A DNA stretch of 64,000 nt from an uncultured Candidatus Saccharibacteria bacterium (lineage in GTDB: Bacteria > Patescibacteriota > Saccharimonadia > Saccharimonadales > AWTP1-31), in contig CALCZR010000056.1 of NCBI GenBank assembly GCA_937903325.1, positions 64,451-128,450 on the forward strand, written 5' to 3'. The notes below the pieces were generated by a model. It was not told the origin of the DNA and ran no database searches. It saw nothing but the letters and a program-made list of their open reading frames with translations. Positions 1 to 9,160 of this stretch are shown here, piece by piece. Numbering within the stretch: position 1 is the first letter of the stretch; each line of letters starts with the position of its first letter. The translations under genes and the position numbers were made by a program.

Positions 1-1951
1 CAGTAAGCACACCGTCCTCTAGAATTTGGAGGAGCATATTAAAGACCTCAGGGTGAGCTTTCTCGATTTCATCAAAGAGTACTAAGCTATATGGTTGCCG
101 ACGGATCTTGTCTGTTAACTGACCTCCTTCGTCATAGCCGACATATCCAGCGGGAGCACCTACAAGACGCGATACGTTATGTCGTTCGCTAAATTCACTC
201 ATGTCGATCTTTACCAAGGCGTCACGACTACCAAAGAACTGGTCAGCCAGTACGCGGGCAAGTTCGGTTTTACCAACTCCGGTTGGGCCAAGGAACACGA
301 ATGACCCAATAGGTCGTCGGGCACTGCCGACACCAGAGCGACTGCGGCGAATAGCTTTAGCTACCGCTTCAACAGCTTCAGATTGGCCAATAACATGCTT
401 ACCAAGAGTTTTCTCTAGAGCAAGCAGGTGCTTAGCCTCGGTTCGGATAACTCGTTGTACGGGCACACCAGTCATGCGAGCTACGACATCAGCAACATCG
501 TCACTCGTGACGACAAGTTGAGAACTAGTCTTTGTGGTTTTCTGTAGTTCCTTGAGTTCTTCGTCGATCTGGCTGGCACGAGTCTTAGAGCGTGCAGCCT
601 TCTCGTAGTCTTCTGCTTCTACTGCTTCGTCAATACGGGTATTAACCAGCTTGAGTTCCTTTTGGAGTTTACGTACTTCAGGCGGTGTCTTGCCGCGATC
701 GACGCGGAGGTGGGCTGACGTTTCGTCTAGTAGGTCAATAGCTTTATCAGGCATGAAGCGGTCGTTGATGTAGCGTTCGGCAAAGCTGACAATGTCTGTC
801 AGGACTTCGTCATCGACTGTTACGTTATGAAATGCTTCGTAGTGCTTGCGTAAACCCTTTAGTATGGCCAATGTCTCAGGCACGGTTGTCTCAGGAACCT
901 GTACGGGCTGGAAGCGCCGCTCGAGAGCAGCATCTTTCTCAATGTGTTTGGTGTATTCGTCGGTTGTAGTAGCCCCGATCATCTGCATCTTGCCGCGGGC
1001 TAGAGCGGGCTTTAAGATATTACCAGCATCCATGGCGCCTTCAGCAGAACCAGCACCGACAATAAGGTGTAGCTCGTCAATGAAGACAATGGTCTTCTTG
1101 TCGTCTTCAAGTTCAGCCATGACTTTCTTGAGTCGTTCTTCGAACTCACCACGGTACTTCGTACCGGCGATCATGGCAGCAAGATCGAGCATAATAATAC
1201 GCTTGTCGATCAAACTGTCAGGCACATCCTCAGCGATAATGCGTTGGGCCAGGCCTTCAACGATAGCCGTCTTACCAACACCTGGTTCACCAATAAGAAC
1301 CGGATTGTTCTTAGTACGACGGTTAAGAATCGTAATAACGCGCCGGATTTGCTTCTCACGGCCGACTACCGGATCCAGCTTCTGCTCACGGGCTTGAGCG
1401 GTGAGGTCAGTACCAAAGAAATCAAGAGCAGTCTTACGTGCCTTTTTGCCACGCTTACGGGTGGCGGTATCGCCACCTTCTTCGCTCTGCTGCCGGCTCA
1501 GGAATTGTTCTAGTTCACCGGTAAGGCCGTCGACGTTAATGTTCATATCCTTAAGTAGTAAAGTTGCCCGAGCGTTCTTCTGAGAAAGGATGCTGTACAG
1601 GATGTGCTCCGTCCCGCAGTACTCCTGGGTGAAGTCCTGGGCGACGTCATAGGCCATCTTGAGGGTCAACTTAGCGGTTTCGCTGAGCCCCTTTGCCTGG
1701 GTGGTATTCATAACGATGGTCTTAGGGGTGAGGTTGAGTGCTAGGCGGGCGCGGTCAAGGGTAACGCCTGCACCTTCAAGTAACTTGGCGCCCATGCTGC
1801 TGTCTTGAGCAAGGACACCCAGTAGCAAATGCTCAGTGCCGATATAGGCACTACCAAAGCTGCGCGCAATTGCATCGGCGTGCTTCAGGCTCTGCAGCGC
1901 ATTGTCTGTGAGATGATTTAAAAAGTCTTGGAAGTCAGGTGTGTTTTGCAT
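1..1951 (-). CDS. clpC: ATP-dependent Clp protease ATP-binding subunit ClpC (N-terminal ~650 aa; C-terminus runs off the window edge)
   Basis: Absent from the ORF track because it is open at position 1. My minus-strand translation from the ATG at 1951 gives [45 protein letters not shown] (Clp_N repeats), Walker [16 protein letters not shown], a short EDYEKAA UVR-like linker (ClpC-type, far shorter than the ClpB coiled coil) and a second Walker [13 protein letters not shown]. Confidence 0.9.
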   Translation of the reverse strand, partial: MQNTPDFQDFLNHLTDNALQSLKHADAIARSFGSAYIGTEHLLLGVLAQDSSMGAKLLEGAGVTLDRARLALNLTPKTIVMNTTQAKGLSETAKLTLKMAYDVAQDFTQEYCGTEHILYSILSQKNARATLLLKDMNINVDGLTGELEQFLSRQQSEEGGDTATRKRGKKARKTALDFFGTDLTAQAREQKLDPVVGREKQIRRVITILNRRTKNNPVLIGEPGVGKTAIVEGLAQRIIAEDVPDSLIDKRIIMLDLAAMIAGTKYRGEFEERLKKVMAELEDDKKTIVFIDELHLIVGAGSAEGAMDAGNILKPALARGKMQMIGATTTDEYTKHIEKDAALERRFQPVQVPETTVPETLAILKGLRKHYEAFHNVTVDDEVLTDIVSFAERYINDRFMPDKAIDLLDETSAHLRVDRGKTPPEVRKLQKELKLVNTRIDEAVEAEDYEKAARSKTRASQIDEELKELQKTTKTSSQLVVTSDDVADVVARMTGVPVQRVIRTEAKHLLALEKTLGKHVIGQSEAVEAVAKAIRRSRSGVGSARRPIGSFVFLGPTGVGKTELARVLADQFFGSRDALVKIDMSEFSERHNVSRLVGAPAGYVGYDEGGQLTDKIRRQPYSLVLFDEIEKAHPEVFNMLLQILEDGVLT

Positions 1952-1993
1952 GTGTTTGTACCCATGTTTCTAGCGGTTAGGATCGCTAAGTCC

Positions 1994-2022
1994 ATAATAC
2001 TAAATTAGCACTCCGCGTGCAA
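1994..2022 (-). promoter_or_regulatory. sigma70-like clpC promoter TTGCAC-N17-TATTAT
   Basis: Minus strand TTGCAC (2022..2017) and TATTAT (1999..1994) with a 17-nt spacer, ~42 nt upstream of the clpC ATG. The -35 lies inside the CIRCE spacer. Confidence 0.5.
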
Positions 2023-2031
2023 GAGTGCTAA
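2005..2031. promoter_or_regulatory. CIRCE inverted repeat (HrcA operator)
   Basis: TTAGCACTC (2005-2013), 9 nt CGCGTGCAA, GAGTGCTAA (2023-2031): an exact match to the canonical TTAGCACTC-N9-GAGTGCTAA. Confidence 0.8.
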
Positions 2032-2035
2032 TTAT

Positions 2036-2587
2036 CTAGTGGAATTGACGTTGTAGAAGAGCAATTCGTTCACTATCCCCATTAGTAAATCCGTGCGCAA
2101 CGCGCCTCCCCGCTATGTCTGCTCGATCAAATGAGTATGTTGTGCCAGGGCGATGCGTAAATACGTAGTCTCCGACGGTTGCCTCAACTGTACCACTCAG
2201 CCCAGTTACATACGATCGGTCGTGGTAAGGATCAGCATGTATTGGTAGGTCAACTCCAGCCGGTGATACGCCAATAAGAAATCCTAATGGACGATCATTT
2301 ACTCTCATTTTATCTTCCACAATAGCTATAACTTCGCACAGTGCGGTGTAGCCAAATTCTGCCGTGTTCTCAGATATTGCGGCGCGATCAGGCTGTCGAG
2401 GTGAACTCCTGGCTAGGACCGCGTAATACATTGAGCCAGCTATTTCCCATGCACCTGCATTAGAAATAAACGGTTCTTCGTATCGTCTGTCAACCATATC
2501 TAGCACATCCTGTCGAGCAGCCTGGACTAATCCTTTGTCTAGAAGTGCAGGATATATGGTGAGGTTGGGATTGAGGCTTTCAGCCAT
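2036..2587 (-). CDS. hypothetical protein, possible double-stranded beta-helix / 2OG-Fe(II) oxygenase-like
   Basis: 183-aa ORF starting 18 nt after the nusA stop. Contains IHADP (HxD), later VAHGF, and an Arg 9 residues after that His (SERIAL), the order expected for an HxD...H...R facial triad. Fold assignment is inference only. Confidence 0.6.
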   Translation of the reverse strand: MAESLNPNLTIYPALLDKGLVQAARQDVLDMVDRRYEEPFISNAGAWEIAGSMYYAVLARSSPRQPDRAAISENTAEFGYTALCEVIAIVEDKMRVNDRPLGFLIGVSPAGVDLPIHADPYHDRSYVTGLSGTVEATVGDYVFTHRPGTTYSFDRADIAGRRVAHGFTNGDSERIALLQRQFH

Positions 2588-2605
2588 ACTGGGCCTTAGC
2601 GAGAA

Positions 2606-3772
2606 CTATTCGCCGTGCTCTTCGATCGCTTCAAGTAGGCTGCTCTCAAGCTGTTCTTTTCGCTTGAGCCGTGGCATTGGCTTTGGTCCTGCAGGTTGAG
2701 CTGGCTTTGCTTCTGCTTTTGGTTCTGGCTTTGGCTCTTCTCCGGAGATATCGAGGTCGTAACCAGTAAGCTTGCTAGCAAGTCGGACGTTCTGGCCGCT
2801 CTTACCAATAGCGATGCTTAGTTGATCTTCAGGTACGATAACAGTTGCCTTCTTCTCAGCTTCGTTAATCTCTACCTTGGTAACCTTGGTTGGACTCAGG
2901 GCGTTTACAATGTAGGTCTTTGGGTCTTCGTCGAATACTACGATGTCAATCTTCTCTTGTTCACCGATCTCGCTCATTACGGCATTCACGCGAGTACCAT
3001 GGCCACCAACAAAGGTACCGACTGGATCTACACCTTGCGTGCTGCTTGCAACAGCAATCTTACTGCGTACACCAGCTTCACGGGCGATATTCTTAATCTC
3101 TACCATGCCACTTTCCATTTCAGGTACTTCGTTCTGAAATAGGTCACGGATAAATTCTGAGCTACCACGACTAACAACAAGTTGTGGGCCACGGAAACCG
3201 CGCTCGACGTCCTTCAAGAATACCTTGAGGCGTTGGCCTGGGTAGTAGCGCTCGCCCTGGATCTGTTCGCTCTTTGGCATAATACCTTGGGCTTTACCAA
3301 GGTCGATACGGACGATCATACCTTCAACACGAGATACGAGACCATTAATAATGGTACCGATCTTGTCGTCGTATTCAGCCATTACTATCTCTCGTTCTGC
3401 TTCACGAAGACGTTGCAAGATAACTTGCTTGGCAGTCTGGGCAGCAACACGACCAAAGTTTTCTACTTTTTCGTGGATCTCTACGGTTTCACCAATAGCT
3501 GCATTCTTTCGCATAACTTGGGCATCGCTAAGACTAATCTCAAAGCGGTCATCACCAACACGCTCTACAATTTCCTTACTAATGTAGGCATCTACTTCAC
3601 CGTTGTTGAGGTTCATGGTAATACGAACCTCTTGTTCGCGGTCACCGTAATCACGACGGTAAGCAGCAGCAAGTGCTTGCTCTACAATTTCTTGTACTGA
3701 TTCTTCTGGTAGGTTCTTCTCTTCGGCAATGGTCTTTACGGCTAATGCCAGACCTTTCATATCTAGTTCCAT
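2606..3772 (-). CDS. nusA: transcription termination/antitermination factor NusA
   Basis: MELDMKGLALAVKTIAEEKNLPEESVQEIVEQALAAAYRR N-terminus, S1/KH-like middle, Lys/Pro/Glu-rich tail. Start moved to the ATG at 3772, preceded by AAAAGGAGA; the ORF-track start at 3793 is an upstream extension. Confidence 0.9.
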   Translation of the reverse strand: MELDMKGLALAVKTIAEEKNLPEESVQEIVEQALAAAYRRDYGDREQEVRITMNLNNGEVDAYISKEIVERVGDDRFEISLSDAQVMRKNAAIGETVEIHEKVENFGRVAAQTAKQVILQRLREAEREIVMAEYDDKIGTIINGLVSRVEGMIVRIDLGKAQGIMPKSEQIQGERYYPGQRLKVFLKDVERGFRGPQLVVSRGSSEFIRDLFQNEVPEMESGMVEIKNIAREAGVRSKIAVASSTQGVDPVGTFVGGHGTRVNAVMSEIGEQEKIDIVVFDEDPKTYIVNALSPTKVTKVEINEAEKKATVIVPEDQLSIAIGKSGQNVRLASKLTGYDLDISGEEPKPEPKAEAKPAQPAGPKPMPRLKRKEQLESSLLEAIEEHGE

Positions 3773-3800
3773 ATCAATTCTCCTTTTTATCATTTATATG

Positions 3801-3825
3801 AAAAAATCCGACCAGGTGGCCGGAT
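3801..3825 (-). terminator. rho-independent terminator after lipoprotein gene
   Basis: Minus strand: TCCGGCC-ACCT-GGTCGGA hairpin (one mismatch) followed by TTTTTT. Confidence 0.6.
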
Positions 3826-3867
3826 GAACTAAGACATATTATAGCGATTACGCAGAAATATTCAAGC

Positions 3868-4257
3868 CTACTCTTTTACGCCGAAGTCTTTGGGATCAAG
3901 TCTGCGATCATCACATGCCGGATGATTGGGGGAGCGCTCTTCGGTCGAGCCATTAGATACGTCTGTCATTTCGACTAAGTCGTTTAGTTCGCACCATCCA
4001 ATAGTCGTCGCACCGTTCACGTCCAGGCTACCATCATTGGCAGTTGTTCTTCTAGCCATACGACCATCTACAAATTCGTAATCAATGCTAAAGAGTCGAT
4101 TACGCTCTGCTTTTTCTGCAGCAGCTACGGGTCGGTCACTTACTACTGTTGTGGGTTCATTTGAGTCGCTACAGCCAGTTAACATCATTACCCCTAGCGC
4201 TACAGGAGCTACACGTCGCCAAAATAAGCTGGGGTCACCGTTTGCTCGATTAATCAT
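3868..4257 (-). CDS. putative lipoprotein, unknown function
   Basis: 129 aa with an N-terminal hydrophobic segment ending in the lipobox-like LTGC (VALGVMMLTGCSDS). Confidence 0.65.
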   Translation of the reverse strand: MINRANGDPSLFWRRVAPVALGVMMLTGCSDSNEPTTVVSDRPVAAAEKAERNRLFSIDYEFVDGRMARRTTANDGSLDVNGATTIGWCELNDLVEMTDVSNGSTEERSPNHPACDDRRLDPKDFGVKE

Positions 4258-4345
4258 GACATGAATTTTCTACTTAAAAACGCTACTTTGCAAGCAGTAG
4301 CATTATTACTTATTGCAAGTCTGTAATATCTTTAAGACTAAATGC

Positions 4346-4351
4346 TACACT
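4346..4351 (+). promoter_or_regulatory. -10-like TACACT, 7 nt before pepN ATG (leaderless candidate)
   Basis: TACACT-agagaga-ATG. Confidence 0.35.
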
Positions 4352-4358
4352 AGAGAGA

Positions 4359-6968
4359 ATGAAAAAAGTAACCCGACTCTACGACCAATTCAAACCAACG
4401 CACTACATTCTCGACCTTATTCCGGATCGAGAAGCCATGACCTTCACCGGTTCCGTTATTATTTCCGGCCAGAAGACTGGCCGTCCCAGTCAGCGCCTGA
4501 CCTTCCACCAGAAAGATCTCAAGATTACTAAAGCGCACGCGGTGTTTCACGACAAACAAGGTGACAAAGAAGTAGACATTGACCGTATTAACCATCACGG
4601 TACGTTCGACGAAGTACGTCTACACTCAGAAAAACTGCTCTACCCAGGCAAGTACACCGTAACCTTAGAGTTCGAAGGTACCATCACCCGGGCCATGAAC
4701 GGAGTATATCCATGCTTCTTCAAGCACGATGGCCAGGACAAAAAACTCATTGCTACTCAATTCGAAAGTCACCACGCCCGTGAAGTCTTCCCTAGTATTG
4801 ACGAACCAGAAGCCAAAGCTACCTTTGACCTCAGTCTGACCACGCCAAAGGGCGAGACCGTCATAGCCAACACACCGGTAAAGAAGCAGGTAGAGCAAGG
4901 TGACATGGTACACACTACCTTTGAGACGACACCACACATGAGCACCTATCTACTCGCTTTTGTGTTTGGCGAGATGGGATACCTCGAAGCTAAGACCAAG
5001 AAAGGCGTTACGGTACGCACCTACGCTACTCCTGACAACGTAACCTTCACTGAGTTCGCCCTAGAAACTGCAGTAAAGTGTTTGGATTTCTACAGTGAAT
5101 ACTTTGACATTGACTACCCACTTGAGAAATGTGACATGATCGCCCTGCCCGACTTTGCTAGTGGCGCCATGGAGAACTGGGGTTGTATTACCTACCGCGA
5201 ACAAACCTTACTTGTTGATCCTGAGAACACCAGCCTTGGTATGAAGCAGTACGTGGCCATGGTAGTCGCCCATGAGCTAACCCACCAATGGTTCGGTAAC
5301 CTGGTCACCATGCAGTGGTGGACCGACCTATGGCTTAACGAAGGCTTTGCTTCTTGGTTCGAGTACTTGGCGGTAGATCACCTATATCCAAACTGGAAGA
5401 TGTGGACCCAGTTCATCGTGGACGAGCAACAGCAGGCTCTTAAGCTAGATGCCCTGGAACACACCCACCCTATTGAAGTAGCTATCAACCACCCTGACGA
5501 AATCCGCACTATCTTTGACGCCATTAGCTACAGCAAGGGATCCAGTGTTATTCATATGCTATACAACTACCTTGGTCCTGAATCCTTCCAATCAGGCTTG
5601 CAATACTACCTCAAAAAGCACTCATATAAGAACACCGTAACCAGTGACCTATGGGAGGCATTGGAAGAAGTATCTAAGAAGCCCGTTAGTGATTTCATGC
5701 ATGCCTGGACTAGTCAAACCGGCTACCCGATTGTGCACGCAGATGTAGACGAAAACGGCCTGCACCTTACTCAGCAACGCTTTGTTGTTAATCCGAAGTC
5801 TAAGGCCCAAGGCGACGCCCAGCTGTGGCCAATACCTTTACTTGCCTCACAAAAGGGTCTACCAGATCGTTTCGAGACCAAAGAGCAGCAAATCCCCGCA
5901 GACGATCTATCTAAACTAAAGCTTAACACTGGTGGTAGTGGCTTCTACCGCACCGTATATAATGCTAGTCATCTGCAGGCACTTGCCAGTCGCATCAAGA
6001 CTGGTCACTTCGAACCGCTAGATCGACTTGGTATCCTGGCCGACGTAACTGAAGCCGCTAAAGCCGGTAAGCTAGACGCTGCAGAAGCACTGAACCTACT
6101 GAGCGCTTACCAGAACGAGGAAGATAATGCTGTGTGGGACGTCATGGCCGGTACACTCGGTAGTATCCGTATGGTTATGGATGACGACGAAGTCCGCGAG
6201 GCCATGAAGCCATATGTACGTAAACTAACTGCTAAACAAGTGAAACGCCTCGGTTGGACCATTGAGTCGCATGAATCACACTTTGACCGCTTACTCCGCC
6301 CTACCATACTAGGTATGGCTTCTTCTGCCGAAGACCCTGAAATTGTAGCCTACGCTAAAGAGCGCTTTGCTGATATGCACGACCCAACTGAACTGACGGT
6401 TGAAATGCGTGTACCCGGTCGTCGACCAAGTCTACGCAATGCAGCGCTGGACCCTGACCTGCGTGGTGTGGTGTACGGTACGGTTGCTCGCACTGGTGGC
6501 GAAGCAGAGTTTAATAAACTGCTAGCCATGCATAACAGTACTCACTCCAACGAAGAAAAGCTCAATCTCTGCGCAGCCCTGACTGGCTTTAAACAACCAG
6601 AACTCGTGGAACGTGCACTTGGTCTGATTAACAGTGAACATGTGCGTCTGCAAGACGTTGCCTATTGGCTGGCATATAGCTTTACTAATCGCTTTGCCCG
6701 AGACGCTGCATGGAAGTGGCTCAAAGAGAACTGGAAATGGCTCGATGACAACCTCGGCAACGACCTAGCTTTCTACCGTATCCCTATATATGTAGCCCGT
6801 GGCTTTGGTGATGAGAATTTCATTGAAGAGTACCGCGAATTCTTTACCGGAGTTCTGTCGCCGTCCTTCGAGCGATCTTACAACCAAGGCCTGGAGATGA
6901 TCGAGTGGCAGTCTGCTTGGAAGAAACGAGATCTGAAGCTTGTTAAGGCATTCTTTAAGCAAGCCTAG
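4359..6968 (+). CDS. pepN: aminopeptidase N (M1 family zinc metallopeptidase)
   Basis: 869 aa with the GAMENWG exopeptidase motif and HELTHQWFGNLVT...WLNEGFA zinc site. Confidence 0.9.
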   Translation: MKKVTRLYDQFKPTHYILDLIPDREAMTFTGSVIISGQKTGRPSQRLTFHQKDLKITKAHAVFHDKQGDKEVDIDRINHHGTFDEVRLHSEKLLYPGKYTVTLEFEGTITRAMNGVYPCFFKHDGQDKKLIATQFESHHAREVFPSIDEPEAKATFDLSLTTPKGETVIANTPVKKQVEQGDMVHTTFETTPHMSTYLLAFVFGEMGYLEAKTKKGVTVRTYATPDNVTFTEFALETAVKCLDFYSEYFDIDYPLEKCDMIALPDFASGAMENWGCITYREQTLLVDPENTSLGMKQYVAMVVAHELTHQWFGNLVTMQWWTDLWLNEGFASWFEYLAVDHLYPNWKMWTQFIVDEQQQALKLDALEHTHPIEVAINHPDEIRTIFDAISYSKGSSVIHMLYNYLGPESFQSGLQYYLKKHSYKNTVTSDLWEALEEVSKKPVSDFMHAWTSQTGYPIVHADVDENGLHLTQQRFVVNPKSKAQGDAQLWPIPLLASQKGLPDRFETKEQQIPADDLSKLKLNTGGSGFYRTVYNASHLQALASRIKTGHFEPLDRLGILADVTEAAKAGKLDAAEALNLLSAYQNEEDNAVWDVMAGTLGSIRMVMDDDEVREAMKPYVRKLTAKQVKRLGWTIESHESHFDRLLRPTILGMASSAEDPEIVAYAKERFADMHDPTELTVEMRVPGRRPSLRNAALDPDLRGVVYGTVARTGGEAEFNKLLAMHNSTHSNEEKLNLCAALTGFKQPELVERALGLINSEHVRLQDVAYWLAYSFTNRFARDAAWKWLKENWKWLDDNLGNDLAFYRIPIYVARGFGDENFIEEYREFFTGVLSPSFERSYNQGLEMIEWQSAWKKRDLKLVKAFFKQA

Positions 6969-6971
6969 AGG

Positions 6972-7283
6972 CTAGTTGATCGGACTATTACCGGCGAGGG
7001 CAGTACGTTCCAGTCCTCGACTTACGCACTGTTTAAGAGCTTCTGGACTGAGCGGACATTGGTCATCCAACGCGCATGTTACCACTACCCCTATTGGAAG
7101 TATATCCGTGCCGGCCACTTCGGTTCGTTCGGTTGCCGCGGGAGGATGGATTTGTGCCTCTACCTGTTCAAGTTCGCAGTCTTCATCGGGCATCGGGCAG
7201 GTTGCTCCAATTTCACGAGTAACAAACTGTGCTGCTACAGTCGCATACTTTTCTGCACTCCAGGGTCCTGACGTATAATCCAT
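6972..7283 (-). CDS. hypothetical small acidic Cys-containing protein
   Basis: 103 aa. The minus-frame product is more protein-like than the Ser/Ala/Arg-rich plus-strand alternative (6976..7278). TATAAT lies 10 nt upstream of the ATG. Contains CPMPDEDC and CALDDQCPLSPEALKQC. Confidence 0.4.
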   Translation of the reverse strand: MDYTSGPWSAEKYATVAAQFVTREIGATCPMPDEDCELEQVEAQIHPPAATERTEVAGTDILPIGVVVTCALDDQCPLSPEALKQCVSRGLERTALAGNSPIN

Positions 7284-7335
7284 GATGACGTATATTATAT
7301 AACAAAAATATATAATGTGCCATACTTAAGTCCAT

Positions 7336-7914
7336 CTAGCTATATCTCTGTATCGGTTTATAACTCCTTCGGTGATGCATGGTAATCCCAAATTCTGCAA
7401 GCGCTTGCTGGTGCAGCTTTGTCCCGTATCCAGCATGCTTCTCGAACCCGTACTCCGGATGCTCTTGAGCAAGCTCCGCCATGTAATTATCTCGAGCAAC
7501 CTTGGCGATAATGCTGGCTGCACTTACAGACGGGATAAGGCTATCTGCCTTAACAAGTGTACTGGCCAGTGGGTGGTCATGCAGGAAGTTATAGTCACCA
7601 TCTATAATGATCTGCTCATAGATATGTTTGATCTGCATAACCGCTCGTTGCATAGCCAGTCGTACGGCTTGCGTAAGGCCCAGTTTGTCCACTTCCTCTG
7701 GGCTGACCCAACCAAGTCCATACGCCAGGGCTTCATCGCGAATGTGCGTATCAGCTAGCTCACGTTGTTTCTTACTTAGTTTCTTAGAGTCACCTAATTT
7801 CCAGAGACGGTGCGAGTCGTCTGTAACAAAGTCAGGGTGTAGTAATACGGCACCGGCTACCAGTGGTCCTGCCCAGCAGCCTCTGCCTACCTCATCTATG
7901 CCGACTATATTCAC
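7336..7914 (-). CDS. rnhB: ribonuclease HII
   Basis: NIVGIDEVGRGCWAGPLVAGAVLL catalytic N-terminus. I prefer the GTG at 7914, 2 nt after the upstream gene's TAA, over the track ATG at 7959, which would overlap that gene by 43 nt. Confidence 0.85.
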   Translation of the reverse strand: MNIVGIDEVGRGCWAGPLVAGAVLLHPDFVTDDSHRLWKLGDSKKLSKKQRELADTHIRDEALAYGLGWVSPEEVDKLGLTQAVRLAMQRAVMQIKHIYEQIIIDGDYNFLHDHPLASTLVKADSLIPSVSAASIIAKVARDNYMAELAQEHPEYGFEKHAGYGTKLHQQALAEFGITMHHRRSYKPIQRYS

Positions 7915-7916
7915 GA

Positions 7917-8450
7917 TTACCTGCCCGTTTCTAGCGTAGGTGCTTGTTCCTCTAGCCACTGGTAGGCAGCTTTGCGGGTTGTGAAGGTTATAACCTCTAG
8001 GTTGTCATGTTTGTATTTTTCAATTCCAGCGATTACATCTTTCCTCGACTTTATTCTAAAGAGTACAACGAACTTAAAGAAAATGGGATCTATTTTCTCA
8101 ACCCAATCATCTGGCATCTCTGTTCGTCTTTTATCCCTATACTGAAAACGTCTTTTCAGGACACTCCATATCGACAGCCAGCTGGGCATATCCATAAAGA
8201 TTAGTGTGTCCGACTTAGGTATTCGTTGCTTATAAGATGAACCGTAATTACCTTCAATAATCCATGAGTCACCAGATGTAATCTCTGCCAATGTATCGAG
8301 CCAGTCCTGCTTGTTGTTCTCGTAGTCGCAGCCCTTCTGGTGGTAGTAGAAATCAAGATGCTGTACCGGAATCTTTGTCTTTTCAGATAACGCACGGGCG
8401 AATGTTGATTTTCCGGCACCAGGGCACCCGACGATTGTTACTCGTTTCAT
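7917..8450 (-). CDS. P-loop NTPase / adenylate-kinase-like (topology-modulation-type) protein
   Basis: MKRVTIVGCPGAGKSTFARAL Walker A, ~177 aa. The ATG at 8450 is preferred over the GTG at 8456. Confidence 0.75.
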   Translation of the reverse strand: MKRVTIVGCPGAGKSTFARALSEKTKIPVQHLDFYYHQKGCDYENNKQDWLDTLAEITSGDSWIIEGNYGSSYKQRIPKSDTLIFMDMPSWLSIWSVLKRRFQYRDKRRTEMPDDWVEKIDPIFFKFVVLFRIKSRKDVIAGIEKYKHDNLEVITFTTRKAAYQWLEEQAPTLETGR

Positions 8451-8463
8451 TAGCACATCATAA

Positions 8464-8487
8464 CAAAAAACCGCCCCGGAGGGCGGC
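8464..8487 (-). terminator. rho-independent terminator after rplS
   Basis: Minus strand: CCGCCC-TCCG-GGGCGG followed by TTTTTT. Confidence 0.75.
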
Positions 8488-8510
8488 TTAGTAATCTTAA
8501 GTTCGAGCTA

Positions 8511-9038
8511 CTACTTTGCTTCCGCTTCTTCGTGAGCAGCTTTCGCAGCTTCTACTTTAGCCTCAGCGTCAGCTTCTTCGGCAGCCTTGGCGGCTTCTGC
8601 TGCGGCATGTTCTTTTGCAGCTTCTTCCTTGGCAATGCGTTCTGCTTCTAGAATTGCTGGGTCTTCAGGAATGTCGTTAACTTCCTTGTCGAAAGCAACG
8701 CCAGTTAGACGAGCAGCTTTACCAGTTCGAGCACGCATGTAGGTGAGGTAGTTACGTCGAACTTTACTTCGCTTAGTAACTTCTACCTTAACAACGAGTG
8801 GTGAGTGTAGGAGATAGGTCTTCTCAACACCGATACCACTGGCTACACGCCGTACGGCAATTGTTGAGGTAAGGCTACCCTTACGGCCAACACGAATGAC
8901 AAGACCTTCGAAGATCTGCACACGCTCTTTGTTGCCTTCTTTAATCTTCTGGTGCACGCGAACAGTGTCGCCAGGGCGAACATCTACCACGGCGTGCTTT
9001 TTATAACGATTCTCGATTTGTTTTAGTACTGATTCCAT
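8511..9038 (-). CDS. rplS: 50S ribosomal protein L19 with Ala/Glu/Lys-rich C-terminal extension
   Basis: VDVRPGDTVRVHQKIKEGNKERVQIFEGLVI...RRNYLTYMR core, plus a ~55-aa EAAKEHAAAEAAKAAEEADAEAK tail. Confidence 0.9.
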   Translation of the reverse strand: MESVLKQIENRYKKHAVVDVRPGDTVRVHQKIKEGNKERVQIFEGLVIRVGRKGSLTSTIAVRRVASGIGVEKTYLLHSPLVVKVEVTKRSKVRRNYLTYMRARTGKAARLTGVAFDKEVNDIPEDPAILEAERIAKEEAAKEHAAAEAAKAAEEADAEAKVEAAKAAHEEAEAK

Positions 9039-9147
9039 AACAAAATAACCTGAATTTATCCTATTAACCTTACACTATTTTTGTCGTTCCCACAAGTATA
9101 GCATATCTGTTGTTATATTGAAACTGGTTTCTGAGCCCCAGTCTCCG

Positions 9148-9153
9148 TATAGT
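9148..9153 (+). promoter_or_regulatory. -10-like TATAGT, 7 nt before malic enzyme ATG (leaderless candidate)
   Basis: gTATAGTAGTaagcATG. The same GTATAGTAGT 10-mer occurs upstream of trmH. Confidence 0.45.
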
Positions 9154-9160
9154 AGTAAGC

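Noticed and set aside
201-1583. Plus-strand ORFs 201..521, 846..1397, 1244..1513 and 1401..1583
   Set aside because: All lie antisense to the clearly real clpC frame. Their products are Ser/Arg/Ala-rich low-complexity sequences typical of antisense translation.
1-1951. Calling the Clp ATPase ClpB because of the CIRCE element
   Set aside because: The inter-NBD linker is only ~70 aa with a UVR-like EDYEKAA motif, which is ClpC-type. The ClpB middle domain is roughly twice as long.
3182-3700. 172-aa plus-strand ORF inside nusA (and neighbours 2822..3142, 3351..3587)
   Set aside because: Antisense to a well-supported NusA frame, with no start signals and an odd composition.
8511-8640. Repetitive GCAGC/GCTTC-rich DNA that looked like a tandem repeat
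   Set aside because: It is the low-complexity Ala/Glu/Lys coding tail of rplS. There is no fixed repeat unit or spacer structure, so it is not a CRISPR array or satellite.
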